A stretch of DNA of 64,000 bases from Eledone cirrhosa. Lineage: Eukaryota. Location of the stretch: positions 110,422,001 to 110,486,000 of the forward strand of contig OZ024741.1 in the NCBI GenBank assembly GCA_964016885.1. Direction: 5' to 3'. The translations under genes were made by a program, and so were the position numbers. Positions 39,481-55,399 of the stretch are shown here, one piece after another; the first letter of the stretch is position 1, and each line of letters starts with the position of its first letter. The notes under the pieces were generated by a model that did no database searches, was not told the DNA's origin, and worked only from the letters and a program-made list of their open reading frames with translations.

Positions 39481-39809
39481 ACGATCGTTAAAAATACATA
39501 TATTTGAAATCTCACAAAAAATTGTAGGAATCTCAATCGCGGAAGAAGCTGTGAAAACAGCCAGCAGCTATTAAGCATAGGAAAAGTCGGGTTAAAATAT
39601 AACCTCATAAGAGCGGAAGAACGATCTGAGGAAGAGAATGAAAGAAAGAGTCTCATCGCTTCAATCCTTTTCCCTTATGTTTATATATATATATATATAT
39701 CACATAAGAAACGGAGAATCAGTGGTGCGACGAATAGGATTTATTAGACATATTACAATCGAGTGCTCAAACGGCATACCTCTTACGGACGCTTTAAGCA
39801 TCCCACACC

Positions 39810-39841
<32 letters not shown>

Positions 39842-39846
<5 letters not shown>

Positions 39847-40470
39847 AATATTAATAAAATAGATGTTCTTTTGATCAATTAAATTTGATTATACATATTT
39901 CGGAGGTACAACAGTACGTCCTCATCAGACAAAATATAATGATACATGACATACCCTGAGATGTTAAATGGTTAAGATTTAATCAAGGTAGTGATTAACC
40001 TAAGAGAAAATTCAACATTTATACCCTAATAATGAGAAAATGCGAAAACGTAATAAATTCAATAGAGAATGTGTGAGTAAGAAAAACGTTGGTTAATGTG
40101 ACAGCTATAGAGATTTTAAAATGTAGGATACTACAAGTTGTGGTTATCTAGGAAAACATCTCATGAATTATAACTGTCCATGGGGGCCGCTGAAAGAGGA
40201 TTTAAAGAGAGGGAAAGATAAAGGGCAGTAATATATGCCGAAAGAGATTTTTTCCCAAAAGCTAAACGGTTAAGTTTCAAAATATTTAATTTATGTTATT
40301 TTAAGGGTGAAGAACCAAGATTTTAGGTTTTTTTAAAAGTTGCTGGTTATTTATATTTATTAATTTTATAAATTCTATAAGTGTGTTAACATTTCTAAAC
40401 TTCAGAATTTTATGAGGATAAAATTTAAAAACCTAAAATCTTGATTTTTCACCCTTAAAATAACATAAAA
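39842..40470 (-). mobile_element. Third copy of the 15-16 kb pLTR family with hammerhead motif (39886-39940) and short fold-back end
   Basis: Homologous to 15113-15660; CTGATGA ggacgtactgttgtacctcc GAAA tat GTA. Confidence 0.8.
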
Positions 40471-40474
40471 AACT

Positions 40475-41586
40475 GTATTCTTATAGAAATAACATAAACG
40501 TAAAGCTAAATAATCAATTTAATAATTGTATTCAATAACACCACCATAAGCATCAATAACTGCCTCTACGTGTGGTTGAAATTGTTTGCAAGCTCGGATT
40601 AAGTGGTCCTGGTTCATATTGGACAGACTCAAACTATTGCAGCTTTCAAAGAATCTTTGTTGCTATGGGGGTATTCATTGACATTTTTCTTTACGATGCT
40701 CCATACATAGTAGTCCAGTGGATTGAGATCTGGAGAATTAGGAGGCCAAATGTTGGGGGTGATGTGATCATGCAAATTGTTGGCCATCCATTCTTGTGTC
40801 ATTTGAGCCTTGTGTGATGATGCAGAATCTTGTTGAAAGAAATAAGACCTTCCATTGCATACACTGTTGATCCAAGGCTTAACAACTTTATCCAGAACCT
40901 CAATATATGCAGCAGCATTCACCCTAAGGCCTTGTGGAAAAAAGTGATGAGGATCACATGTCCTTCATTGATAACAACACCCAAAACCATGACGCAGGAA
41001 ATTTTGTGTGCATTACTCTTGGAACCTTAGAAGGGTCTGCACATAGCCACCTGTTATTTCTTCTGTTAGCGTTCTGGTCCTGGTCAAAGTTTTTCTCATC
41101 TGAGAAAAACCAAATCACATCATCTTATGATGGACTTTTAACTTTGTTCAAAAGTCTTTTGGATCTGATTAAACGGTTTTCTTTTGTTTTTTCTGACATG
41201 AATTGACCTCTCCTTTTTTTGCAATTGACTTCATTGATTTTCCTGGATTGTCATCAATGTTTTGCTTAACTTCCTGAATAAATTTAGGTGTCCTGATAGA
41301 ATCAGAGTATTTGGAATGTTTTTTACGTTTTGATACAAGTAATACGCGTCCATCTTCTTTCTCTAACTCACACCGAATCTTGTGAACAAACGATCTTGCA
41401 ACTTTCAGAAAAAGAGAAATTTCTAAATTCCATGCTTAGCCTTCAAAGCCACAATCACAGCATGCCTTTTCATTAGTAAACATAGTTATTTTCATTATTA
41501 TTTTCTGAAATAGAAGTTCAATAAAAATTAGTCAAATAAAATAATGACTAAAAATGCATGTGTCCTCAAATACCGTCCGTACCCTG
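40475..41586 (-). mobile_element. DD37D (maT) Tc1/mariner transposon, pseudogenised
   Basis: FQQD-x37-D (WPPNSPDLNPLDY); right TIR aaataccgtccgtaccctg|TA. Confidence 0.9.
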
Positions 41587-41709
41587 TATATATATATATA
41601 TTTATATTTATGTGTGTGTGTGTACAGATATATAGACGTACATACATACACACACGCACATGTACCTACCTTCTTACATACATACATACATACATGTGTG
41701 TGAGAGAGA

Positions 41710-41800
<91 letters not shown>

Positions 41801-42189
41801 CGTGTGTGTCTCTGTGTGTCTATGTGTGTGTGTGAGTGTGTGCACGGGATAATGAGGGAATATGGAATTCATGATTATAGGAAGATTAGTTTGTGATACG
41901 ATGATATTTATTAGACAGAGAACAAAGGATCGGATCAGTGCGATAAATGGTCCCTTGGGAAGGTGTGCAGTGCAAGGATATAGAAGGGATAGAGGGAGGT
42001 AGAGCTCAGCTAGGGACATTGTGGCGGCATTGTGGAACTGGTTCTGGTACAATGCCACAATTTTGATCATGTCCACTCTTAGGTTCCTCTGAATATATAT
42101 CTGAGGCAAAAGCTTCGATTCTGTATACAGAATTGTGTCTCTGCTGCTGCTGCTGCTACTACTACTATTACTAAGACTACTACTACTAA

Positions 42190-42497
42190 TAATTGTTTCT
42201 ACTTTTGGCACAAGGCCAGCAATTACCCAGTACATTATTGGTACTTTATTTTATCGACCCCGTAAGGATGAAAGGCAAAGTTAACCTCTGCGGGTTTTGA
42301 ACTCAGAATGGCAAGGGCCGTAACTCTATACGTCAAAGCATGGCGTCCGACCCTCTACCGATACTGCCAATCAACCGCTAATAATTGTTTCTACTTTTGG
42401 CACAAGGCCAGCAATTATATCAGTGCATTACTGGTACTTTATTTTATCGACCCCGTAAGGATGAAAGGCAAAGTTAACCTTGGTGAGATTTGAACTT
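42190..42497 (-). mobile_element. Tandem SINE family A copies
   Basis: Two head-to-tail matches to family A. Confidence 0.85.
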
Positions 42498-42507
42498 GTA
42501 AAGTTCA

Positions 42508-42543
<36 letters not shown>

Positions 42544-42547
42544 CCAC

Positions 42548-44580
<2,033 letters not shown>

Positions 44581-45078
44581 CCTGAAAGGCATGTTAATAT
44601 GTATATCTACACACATGCGCGCGCACATTCCCACAAGCACACATACACACATACACGCACATATGTGGGCGTAGCAAGGAATCAATATAATAGACTAAAT
44701 AACTAGAAGCCTCAGTCCCAGAATAGCGGCAGTCTAATGACTGAAACCCGTAAAAAAAATAAAAGAATGTTTGTGTATGTGTGTGTGAGTGTGTTTATGT
44801 GGGTGTGTGCGTGTTTATGTGGCTGCGTGTGTATGTGTATGTGTTTTCGTCCGTGCGTTTGCATGTGTTAGAAATAAAGCAAACGATTCTTCCGTCGTTT
44901 ACGACGAGGACCATTTGTTCGTTTTCTTCCAACAGAAAAAGCGGAACATCAACGGTAGGGAGAGGGAGGCAGCTTGCGAAAGCTACGGGTACAGTCCCTT
45001 CCGCTAAACCTAACAAATAACAAAATATTTACTGTATTGATTTTCATTTGTTTTTTCTTTTTTTTTCATATTTATGTA

Positions 45079-45300
45079 AGGGCGGTGGATTGGCAGTATC
45101 AGTAATATCGGTAGGACGCTATGCTTTGCAGCAGCGAGTTACGGCCCTTTATGATCTGAGTTCAAATCCCGCCGAGGTTAACTTTGCCTTTTATCCTTAC
45201 GGGGTCGATAAAATAAAGTACCAGTCACGCACTGGGGTCGATTTAATCGACTTTCCCCTCCCCCAAAATTGCTGGCCGTGTACCTATATAAGAAACCATA
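45079..45300 (+). mobile_element. SINE family A
   Basis: Full match to family A. Confidence 0.85.
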
Positions 45301-45514
45301 TTTATGTAATCATCAATGGTATTTAATAAAATTATACATAAAATATAAGTTTGAAATAATTATACATCGACGAAATAAAACAAGCTTTCTGGGATGTAAG
45401 GTAGACAACTCCAGCATACTTGCCAGTGAAAAGGGGCCTGCTTGTTTTTTCCATTTTTTAATCTTCGTTTTTGTTTTCGTTTTGCAAGATACTTGATGTG
45501 AAATCGTGTTATAA

Positions 45515-46110
45515 TTTGGGAGGGTCATGCTGCCAATAAAAAACACACGCTTCAGTGAGTTTCATTACAGTTTATTATTAGTGGAGTAACTAATCCATTC
45601 ATTGGCTAGTATAGTAACCAGATGGTTGTTTAATTGTTAATTGTCAAGTTTTCTCATCATAATTGATGTGACTTTTCTATGTAAAATGGAAAATAGAGGA
45701 GACACAGAATAACAAACTTAGTCATTGAGGGGGTATCACAGGATGTGTGACGAAAGAGCTTAACAATTAAACAACTACCCTCTTACTAAATTAATCGATG
45801 GATGGACTAATAATATTGATCGAATCGATCGACAAGATCCCAGACTTCATTCGCTTCCCGAGTGGGGTGGAATTCATTAAAGAGTGTTTCCATTAGTCTT
45901 TCCATTGCTGATACTATCTACCGGTTGCAATTCCGGACAGAAAGAACAGCATGAAATTAAGCTCAAGGACATAACGCATCACCCGGTGAGAGAATCGAAC
46001 TCCCAGCCTCATGATTGAAAATCCAATTCTCTAACCATTAAGTCACGCACCTTCACTAAGTGGAACTCAACTTTGGCGTATGTTTTTATTGGTAGCATGA
46101 CCCTCCCAAA
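45515..46110. repeat. Diverged fold-back element with ~35-55-bp terminal inverted repeats and a nested family-B SINE (~45880-46035, minus)
   Basis: tttgggagggtcatgctRccaataaaaa at both ends inverted; inner IR gttgtttaattgttaa / ttaacaattaaacaac. Confidence 0.65.
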
Positions 46111-46589
46111 GTATCATTGTTTTAATTTACAGGCAAATACGCATTTTATTGCATGTTTATATGTCCACGTGTTAAAAATGTGTATATTTATATAGGTATT
46201 GGTGCAGTCTCAGTTACCCTCTCTGTATATATACAGATATAACTTTAACAATATTTTAATCTTATTTATGCTTCTTATGCTTCGCCGTTTTTAATTCTCT
46301 ATATATCTTGTTTTTGTTTCTTAACTATAAGGGTTACTAAATACCTCTCTTAGTCTGTCATGGCTTACTAGCTCTATTCAGACGTTTACATTGATTAAAT
46401 AAATAGAGGTACATAATTTTTTTTTTTTTTTTCATGTTAAATTTTATTTACCATATCGTGTAGAAAAGAAAGAGAAACTAAATAGAACGAGAAAAAAAAA
46501 AGGAAAAAAAAAGAAAGACGCCGACGCTACATTTATGGGTGGACAGTATATCTCAGCTGTATCCCCTGGTCGAGATAGCAAAGGTGTTA

Positions 46590-47200
46590 CCACAAAGATC
46601 AGTCAACTATACCAATTGTTTCAACCGCCCCACCTCGCAGGATTCGTTTCTCAGGCCTGATGCTTTCCTCCCAATAAGGACACCAATACAATGAGAAAAT
46701 AGTCAGTTAAACCTATTATCGTACCTCCGCCATGCTGCGCTCATCGAGATCATAAAGTATGGCTTGGATGCTGCAGGCTTCCCTTCCTAGTTGGAGCCAG
46801 CGGGACTGGGTCGAGGGGTTGGCAAAAGGTCAAACGGCAAACAATCTTCCAGTTCCGCAGTGGTAGGCTTTTCATCTGGGACGCTACATGCTATAATACC
46901 TTCTCCAGTAGCAGCATGGTGCATTCGGTCACTAACCCAGGCCTCGCTACCCGTCAGGCCGAAGAGGGTAAACTGTCGAAATATTGATAGCTCTTTGATA
47001 GATTTGAGGTCGAACCTGGAGCAATGAAGAGTACCGGTGTTCTTGAACCCAAACCACCTCCCTACACACAGGGCGAGCTTGGCCTCACGAGTTGGAATGA
47101 CTATACCAATGCGTCTACCTTGCCATCCTCCGAGGTAACGTTTTCCTCATTTTGTCCGCTGGGATCACGAGTCCAAGTTTGCAGAAGAAAATGCACCTTA
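46590..47200. mobile_element. Scrambled CRE-clade RLE fragment
   Basis: Plus strand RHAALIEIIK..LEPAGLGRGVGKR..IWDATC; the left flank piece appears to be in the opposite orientation. Confidence 0.65.
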
Positions 47201-47237
<37 letters not shown>

Positions 47238-47651
47238 AAGGCGTGTGGCTGAGTGGTTAGAGAATTGGATTCACAATCATAAGGTTGTGAGTTCGATTCC
47301 TGGACCAGGCGATGCGTTATGTCCTTGGGCAAGACACTTTATTTCACGTTGCTCCTTCTACCTGGAGTTGCGACCGATAGATAGTATTAGCAATTGGAAA
47401 GACCAACGGAAACATTGTTCCCTCGGTCCGATTTGACGAAAGTCGATCGACTCCTATATATATATATATATATATAAATTAATAAAAACAATGAGATAAA
47501 AACAAAGAACAAGTTCCTTATATTAAAAAATTCATCATTTTACGATCGTTTCTAGGATGTATATGTGTGTTGGTATGTATATCATATAGATCTATGTAAA
47601 AATATTACAAATTATCAGAGGAAATATACATACCTTCACGTATACATGCTG

Positions 47652-48093
47652 CATGTTTATTTAAAACAGCACCTACGTACGTTTCGCCCAGTTGGGCTTC
47701 TCAAGGGCATAAATAATCACAAGTGTTCCTTATATTGCTCGGAAACAGTTTTGGGAGTTAAGGTTCAATGAACCTTGATGTGGATTTAACCCTCAAAACT
47801 CTTTCCGAGCAATATAAGGAACACTTGTGATTATTTATGCCCTTGAGAAGCCCAACTGGGCGAAACGTACGTAGGTGCTGTTTTAAATAAACATGTTTTA
47901 ACGGTCTATTCTCCGATTTTTTACTTTCCCACGTGCTTACGCTCTGCTAACTCGCTAGCCCACTAAATATTAACACTTCGAATATTTAATACTGCCGGCA
48001 CTAGTATCGAGCACCTTTGGCATACGCTACTTGGCAAATAACTATATGTATCACCTATCCTCCCCTTTTTTCTCTTTCTCGATACGTAAATAT
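47652..48093 (+). mobile_element. Fold-back pLTR-type element (~108-bp arms 47652-47760 / 47787-47895 plus tail)
   Basis: Near-perfect inverted repeat with a hammerhead variant in each arm. Confidence 0.75.
47839..47878 (+). ncRNA. Type I hammerhead, U3-A8 core variant (identical mirror copy 47669-47708 on minus strand)
   Basis: gccc TTGAGAA gccc-aact-gggc GAAAC gtac GTA gg-t-gc. Confidence 0.75.
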
Positions 48094-48129
48094 TGTATAT
48101 ATATATATATATATATAGTATGGAAATAA

Positions 48130-48209
48130 GCTGTCTGAAGATCCATTTCTTTCCATTGGAAATTCTCTGGATTTCCAATTTTTGGAATGGTGAAACCGTC
48201 GGTAACAGC
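48130..48209 (+). ncRNA. Type I hammerhead ribozyme with extended stem II
   Basis: gctgt CTGAAGA t ccatttc..attggaaattc-tct-ggatttccaat..ggaatgg t GAAACC gtc GGTA acagc. Confidence 0.85.
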
Positions 48210-48429
48210 AATAGAACAGGTGATTATTTAAATCGTTTTTTAATTTATTTAGGGAATCGTTTGATAACCGCTTGCTCCGCTCTTTATATATATATATATA
48301 TATATATATATCAAGTTAACTTACTTCACCCCACCTCTGCAGTAAAAAGTTCTAAGAAGAAATAAATGTATTAAGAAGTTCGCTTCGTAATCATTAGGTA
48401 TGGGTTCGACCCCCTTAAGAAAAAAAAAA

Positions 48430-48840
48430 GTGTGGTGGATTGGTAGAATTGTTTGAGCGTCAGATAAAACGTCATTGCAGTATATTTTCCGGCTCTTTAC
48501 GTCCTGAGTTCAAATCCCGTCAAGGTTAGCTTTGCCTTTCATCCTTACGGGTCGATAAAATAAAGTAGCAGTAAAACACTGGAGTCTATTTAATCGACTT
48601 CCTCCACCCCCTTCAAATTGCTGGCCTTGTGCCAAACTTAGAGACAATTATTATCATCAGATCAAACATCACACACAAGATCACGGGAAAAACGGCAGTC
48701 AGTAAAATAAAGTACCAGTCAAATATTGGAGTTGATATAAGCAACTTTACTTTTCACCCTTTCGAGGGTCGATAAAATAAAGTAACATAAATTTAATCAA
48801 CTTTGGCCCAAATGTGCTGGCCTTGTGCCTAAGTTAAAAA
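48430..48840 (+). mobile_element. SINE family A plus fragments
   Basis: Match to family A. Confidence 0.8.
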
Positions 48841-49239
48841 TCAGTAAATATTTTATAAAAGGGAAGTAACTTTAAAAAGTTATTTCCCTTGTATCGTTGA
48901 TATTTTTATAGTTTGGACTGGTTGCCTGTGTATGTGTGTATATGTATATGTGTGTGCGTATATGTATACATGTGTGTGTGTATGGATGTTTGTGTTTGTG
49001 TGTGTGTGCGCGTATGTGTGTGTGTGTGCGCGCGCGCGCGCGTGTTCATGTTAGTACACACCAGCCCGCATCCAACTGACATGATCGAAGGCAATCTAAC
49101 CACGACCAACCCATATGTTTTTAATACAAATTCTCTTCCCTCTGATAGTCGTTGTTGTTGTTATCTATTGTAATTGCCATACATGCGATCAAAATTTTAT
49201 TTATGGTGTTCCTCTCTTATATCGTCATTGAGTCTTCTC

Positions 49240-49575
49240 TGATGACACGCTGTGACACGTTCCCCGCGTTCTGCTTTGTAGATTCGGCCACAATCCCCGG
49301 TACAGCGGCCCGCAATGCAGGGGACAGGAAGACAAAAAAATACCGGGGCCTTTGGGGTCGCTTCATCTTTGCATTTGTCGTCGTTGAGACCTCAGGCGTC
49401 CTCGGACCCCGTACAGCTGACCCCCTCTGTAAAATCGAAACGATAGCAGCCCGTCTGAGGAAGGAACCCCGCGACGTGGGATGGATGTTGCAGCGAGTGT
49501 CGCTGACCATTGTCCGTGGAAATTTCTTTGCCATTTTGTCGGCGGGGCGCACCCAAAACACCGCTCTGACTTTGG
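49240..49575 (+). mobile_element. CRE-clade 3' fragment (RLE C-terminus)
   Basis: GTAARNAGDRKTKKYRGL..VVETSGVLGP..MLQRVSLTIVRGNFFAILS; homologous to 35030-35265. Confidence 0.8.
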
Positions 49576-49888
49576 TGTACAGTCTGTCACCTTTTCCTCT
49601 TCCCCCTTTCTTTTGTCGCCAAATAATCCTTGCTCTTTCCCTCCTTTTCTTCTCATTCATAGCATCTATAGTCCTTTCCAATATTACTTTCTTTTCTATA
49701 TGTTTGACTAATTACTAAATTCTTTATTATCTTTATGTAATTTCATCTGAGAAACATATTTGAGTATTTTGAAATAAAATTGTCTAATATTTATTTCTCG
49801 CACCAACGAGTGTATAGGGACTACCGCATTTTTTTTTTTTTTTTTTTTCGATTTGTGTCACCTAAGTGCAAATACAACTGCAATGTAC

Positions 49889-49975
<87 letters not shown>

Positions 49976-50749
49976 TGTGTGTGCGTGTGCGCGTACCGTC
50001 TGACGGCAACCCTTCTGTTCGCCCCCTCCTTCAGGTCTCCTACATACTCAAATATATGCAACGAACAAAAGTGCCCACTCCATAAAGATTTTGCACGCGG
50101 TGGACCGAAACTCTCCCCCACCTAGCCATGCTACTAATTGAAGTCACCACTCCTAATGACGAATTAATTGTCATACGTTTTCCAGTATGATCACAACAGG
50201 GTTACACTTTTCTCTCCAACCAATCCTTATTGCATAGAAACAGTCTTTTTACTTATCAATAGTCCTTACTGTGCTGTATATAACAGACCTACCAACCCCT
50301 AAAAACCAAAGTGGGGAGTACCAAAATGGGGAGATTTTACATAATGAAAGCTTTACCCATTTTCACAAGAGAGGACATCTCTCACCCACTTTGGGGTGGG
50401 TGAGAGATCTCCCCGTCCGACGGAGACAGTTGACAGGTCTAATATTAATAGTCGGTGTGCTCATTTACCAGGCTGATTGCAGTGCATATATAGAGATATC
50501 TGTTGCTGTCGTGTTACTAATTGCTAGTCTAAATTTAATTATTTTCGCTAATGTAGCTAGGGATGGGGTGAGTGGTGATCCATCCCACGTGACACTTTTA
50601 TGAAGGCAGCATTTTAGGGTCAGTCATGTAAGCCGCTGTAAGCTGTATTTTTTGTGGGGTGTAACGCAAACTCAAGATCTTGTGTGACATACTCTAGCTA
50701 CGTCATAAATTATTTTGTCACTCCGACTGCATTAATAACTTTATGTATC

Positions 50750-51020
50750 CATTTTTCCTATATTCCTCTTCACATCCGTTACCAATGCCATCTCACCCTG
50801 TCCAGCATTGCCATATGAAGGTTCCTTACCTCCAACTCGGTGTCATCTTTAAGGACTTTTTTTTCAGTGTGATGTTTGGTCACCCATCCCAACTCGTTTG
50901 CATACATCTTGTTTCCAAAGAACTCTGCCAGCAGGTTTATTGTGATTTTTCACATGTCCAGCTAATAATGCAAACCCCCGTTGCTTTATTATACCAGAAA
51001 GGCAAAGATGTGAATCTACG
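50750..51020 (-). mobile_element. Decayed LINE 3' fragment
   Basis: LAGHV..RVLW..KDDTELEVRNLHMAMLDRVRW resembles the 14583 fragment. Confidence 0.5.
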
Positions 51021-51394
51021 GTCCCATTTCTCAACAAACAATTTTATTACTCCAGCCACCCCAGAAGATCAGAAGAATTTGTACCAGAGTTCTATGCCTG
51101 TGATAAATCTGACTCAAAAGGGAGACAGTGAATTTGGTAGGGGGCTATTCTAAATCTGTCATCACGGAGCAAGGTTTTGCCAATCTTTGTATTTTTACTC
51201 ATCCCAAACAATGTAATAAAGCCACAAAAATACAAGGGGTTACTGAGAAGGGAAAATGACAAACCGGAGAGAACATAATAGAAGTTTCTTTTGAATTTTC
51301 TTTTAATTTTAATTTTTAAATTTTGAATATAGTGAAATAGTTGGATGGCTGTAGCTGAAAAATGTTGTGGAGATGTGATTGTAATATTGATTTC

Positions 51395-51605
51395 TAATTT
51401 AGGCATAAGGCCAGCAAATAAGGGACAAGGGCAAAAAGTTTATTAAGTCAACCCCACTACTTAACTGGTACTTTATTTTTTCACCCGCCGGAGGATAAAA
51501 GGCAAAGTTAACTTCGGTGGGATTTGGACTCAGAATGTAAAGAGCCAGAACAAATACCACAGTGGCATTTTACCCGACGCTCTACCAATTTTGTTAATAC
51601 ACCGC
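51395..51605 (-). mobile_element. SINE family A
   Basis: Match to family A. Confidence 0.8.
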
Positions 51606-51629
51606 CCTGGATGCGAGTGTAATATCATC

Positions 51630-51995
51630 AAATATATATTTGATGGAACAGTATCCGGACTTTATTCCCCCACCCGCGGGGAAATATTGACATTAGGGCG
51701 TCAAAAGTTTGCAGTAGAGCCGCATACTTTTTTTTTTTTTTCGAGCTCGCTGGATGCATTATTCACTGTCAGGAAACTAATGCGTTAAATGCTGTACTAC
51801 ATATTCACTGCATTTTCATTTCGCCTGAAGGTTTGGAGCAATGATCTTGTATCAAGTTTTTCTAAAAACTTGGAGATATCCAAGCGGAAACAATTCGCAA
51901 GCTTCAAAAGACTTTTGGTGATAATGCTATAAGTGTTATCCAGGTGGGAGGAATGATGCAACAGGTTCAAAATGTGTCCGGACATCGTATGCGGC
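51630..51995 (+). mobile_element. Mariner transposon 5' remnant
   Basis: KLGDIQAETIRKLQKTFGDNAISVIQV..NRFK, Mos1-like N-terminal HTH. Confidence 0.65.
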
Positions 51996-53032
51996 TGTCT
52001 ATTTGCTTTGTGAAGGTGTAGGGAAAATGCCGCGTAGATAGATATAGGTTGAAAAGAATACGTTAAAGTCACATGAGGTCCGTAAACAACCTTTCCATGG
52101 CCCTAGGCAGAATAATTTTCGTGTCTAATATTTTCCTAAAACTTGGTATTTGTCCCTCAACCCTTCCATACTCTTGCGACAGCAGCAGTATTAAATTTAA
52201 CCTGCCAACCTAATGCAAACAGACAATGAATTGTAAGATCAGCAAATTTTGCTTTTGTTTTCCCTCATTTTAATAATATTTTAATAATTTTAGGATCAGC
52301 AAATTTTGCTTTTGTTTTCCATGTTTTAATAATATTTATAGTATAATTCACTGCAATTTACTCATAAAATACAATAAAATGGCGGGGGGGGGTATTTATC
52401 AAGATTGAAGACGGAAAAAAGGGAATTTACCAATAGTAGAAACGGAATTAAGGAAAATTTGTCCCTTTTCATTTTGTACTAATTCACATATCACACTTAC
52501 TATCGTTTTGATGAAAAAATAAATAAGTATATAGCAACTTATCAGATGTATTGCAGATTAGTAACTGGAGAACATCATGTCCCCACCATTTCACTTTTGG
52601 CTCGCTGTACCTCTCTCCCAGGACATATTTGTACTTTTGAGTCCATGCGTTTGAGAAACCTGAGTTACCGAATATATCCCTGTAGTACATAATTCGCGGA
52701 GTTGCAGTGTATGTGGGGGATTCTTATGACAAGTGGAAGCGGTTGCTGTTATTGTTTAGCCTAGATTAGCCATTAACGAGCAGCTGTGACCATTCGATAT
52801 TCGATATTTTTTCCTATGTGTAGGGGACCCAGGATTATATTGTCCAGTGTCTTTTTCCAAGGACAGACACACAGGCCGAAGGTTTGAGAGAGATTTGGCT
52901 GCTATTTTTTAGCAAATCAAATGGCTATTTACATGCTCCCTCTTACAATATGTAGTGGTGGAGGTGGTATTTCTTACATCAAACATACACAAACATAATA
53001 AACATATATATAAACACACACACATTTATATA

Positions 53033-53066
<34 letters not shown>

Positions 53067-53079
53067 CCAACACACACAC

Positions 53080-53123
<44 letters not shown>

Positions 53124-53351
53124 CAACATACACACATTTTCAGCAGCAGCAGTTGCAATAGTGCTGGTGACGGCTGTCCCCCTTCCGCGTTCTCCCCCCC
53201 CCCCCCCCTCTCTATCACACACATACTCTCTCTGTGTCTTTCTATCTATCTCTCTGCCACAGTACTGTTGCTAACACACACCATATTACCACAGTTGCTG
53301 CCTCCTTTAACTATAACATCTGTCCAACCTAGCTTCACATTTCCGGCATCG

Positions 53352-53393
<42 letters not shown>

Positions 53394-54689
53394 CTCACAA
53401 ACATACACTCGTATATATTTCTTTAATATATATATATATTTGTGTTTATGCACGCGATGTTTGCCATGGGATATTTCAGTTGAGGATGCGTATAAATGTA
53501 AGTATAATATTTATTCCATATTATAGTGATATTTATTCTACACAATGCACACACACATATATGTATTATATATATATATATATATATATACATACATTCA
53601 CAGGGGGTACTGGCTGCTATAAATCACACGCCTATTATGATTTTTAATCGTGCTTGCTGACATTTCTATTTTAAATATTTAAATATTTATTACATAAAAA
53701 TGTAAATAAATTATATGAGATTTTATCTACACAATTATTTCTCACTTTTAATCATAATTTCTTGTATTTTTTTATATTCTATCAGTCAATAGTTGAATGT
53801 TTTAGAAATTATCTTTTACTATATCGTATTGCGTGTAAAATCATTTGTCTCATTGTTTTGCCACCAAAATCTTCCAGTAAAGTCAACCAAATCATTCCAT
53901 TCCATTTATTAATAGAAATCATCGAATCTATCCTGTTTATTATATTGTTGGCACGCGTCAGCTTGTAGTGAGTGGACAGTATGTCGGGGTTTATTTCATA
54001 ATGTGTCGTAGTCGTCAAAATAATCCCCGATCTTTTGGCCGCCAATTACAGCATGATTGTTTTTGGCAGTTAGTTGAAAGGAGAGATGACAAGAAAATGC
54101 CGAATATAAAATATTTTTTAATTCACTGCCGCTCCCTTTCATGCGGTTTATTTGCTTGTTTATACACAAAGCATATATAGATGACTATATATATATATGC
54201 ATCGTTTATTCCCAGTTTCTATATACAAATTGTTTTTGTACAAAATAAAGGGCCCATAAAAATACCTTATGTACTACTGTTGGCGGAATTCCTTTCTTAA
54301 TTATCGCCAAATTGACACACACACATACATGTGTATATATATATATATATACATATGGTGTGTAATGTTATATTTAGAGATTGATGTATTGATATATATA
54401 CATATATATATATAAGAATATAAACCGGTTATGTATGTGTATACACAAATATATGTGTGTGTGGTGTATGTATTAATTTAAACACATCATCATCACCATT
54501 TACCGTCTATTTTCCATATTGTATAAATTGCATTTTTTTTTTTTTTTGTCTGTGACGAATTCGATGTGTTAATGTACAGGATGAGTTTTTCTTTTTCCTT
54601 TTTCTTTATCTCCATTCCCAAGCGTGAATCCAATAAGACTGTTTTTACAGCTCTGTGTTTGTCGTGTTTATTCTTGGACTATATATATA

Positions 54690-54846
54690 TATATATATAG
54701 CTGTGTGTATGTATATATAATGTGCAAAATGTGTGTGTGTAATATATATATGATGTGCAAAATGTGTGTGTAAAGATATATATATATATATGTGCAAAAT
54801 GTGTGTATATATACATAATGTGTGTATATATACATAATGTGCAAAA

Positions 54847-54879
<33 letters not shown>

Positions 54880-54975
54880 CGTGCAAAATGTGTGTGTGTA
54901 TATATAGATATGCGTAAAATGTGTGTATATATAGATATGTCTAAAATGTGTTTGTAGATGTATATATGTGCAATA

Positions 54976-55059
<84 letters not shown>

Positions 55060-55334
55060 CAAAATGTGTGTGTATAGATAAATATGTGCCAAATGTGTGT
55101 GTATATAGAGATGTATATATGTGCAAAATGTTAATATATACTTAAATATATCTGCAAAATGTGGTGTATGTACAGTATAAATATATATGTACAAAATGTG
55201 TATATGTATGCTTAGATGTGCCAAGTGTGTGTGTGTTTGTATGTCATATTTGAATAATTTTAGTGACATTCCATCCTGGCATGGCTTGGACTATATAGCT
55301 AGGTAGAAAGATGTGTATAGATAGATATATGTAT

Positions 55335-55399
<65 letters not shown>

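Noticed and set aside
39620-39660. cgat CTGAGGA..GAAAGAGTCTC atcg hammerhead-like motif
   Set aside because: Stem II cannot form, probably because of a deletion; at most a dead remnant, so not listed as a ribozyme.
45722-45765. ttgagggg..tcac..gtgacGAAAgagctta possible hammerhead
   Set aside because: Core too degenerate and no stem I.
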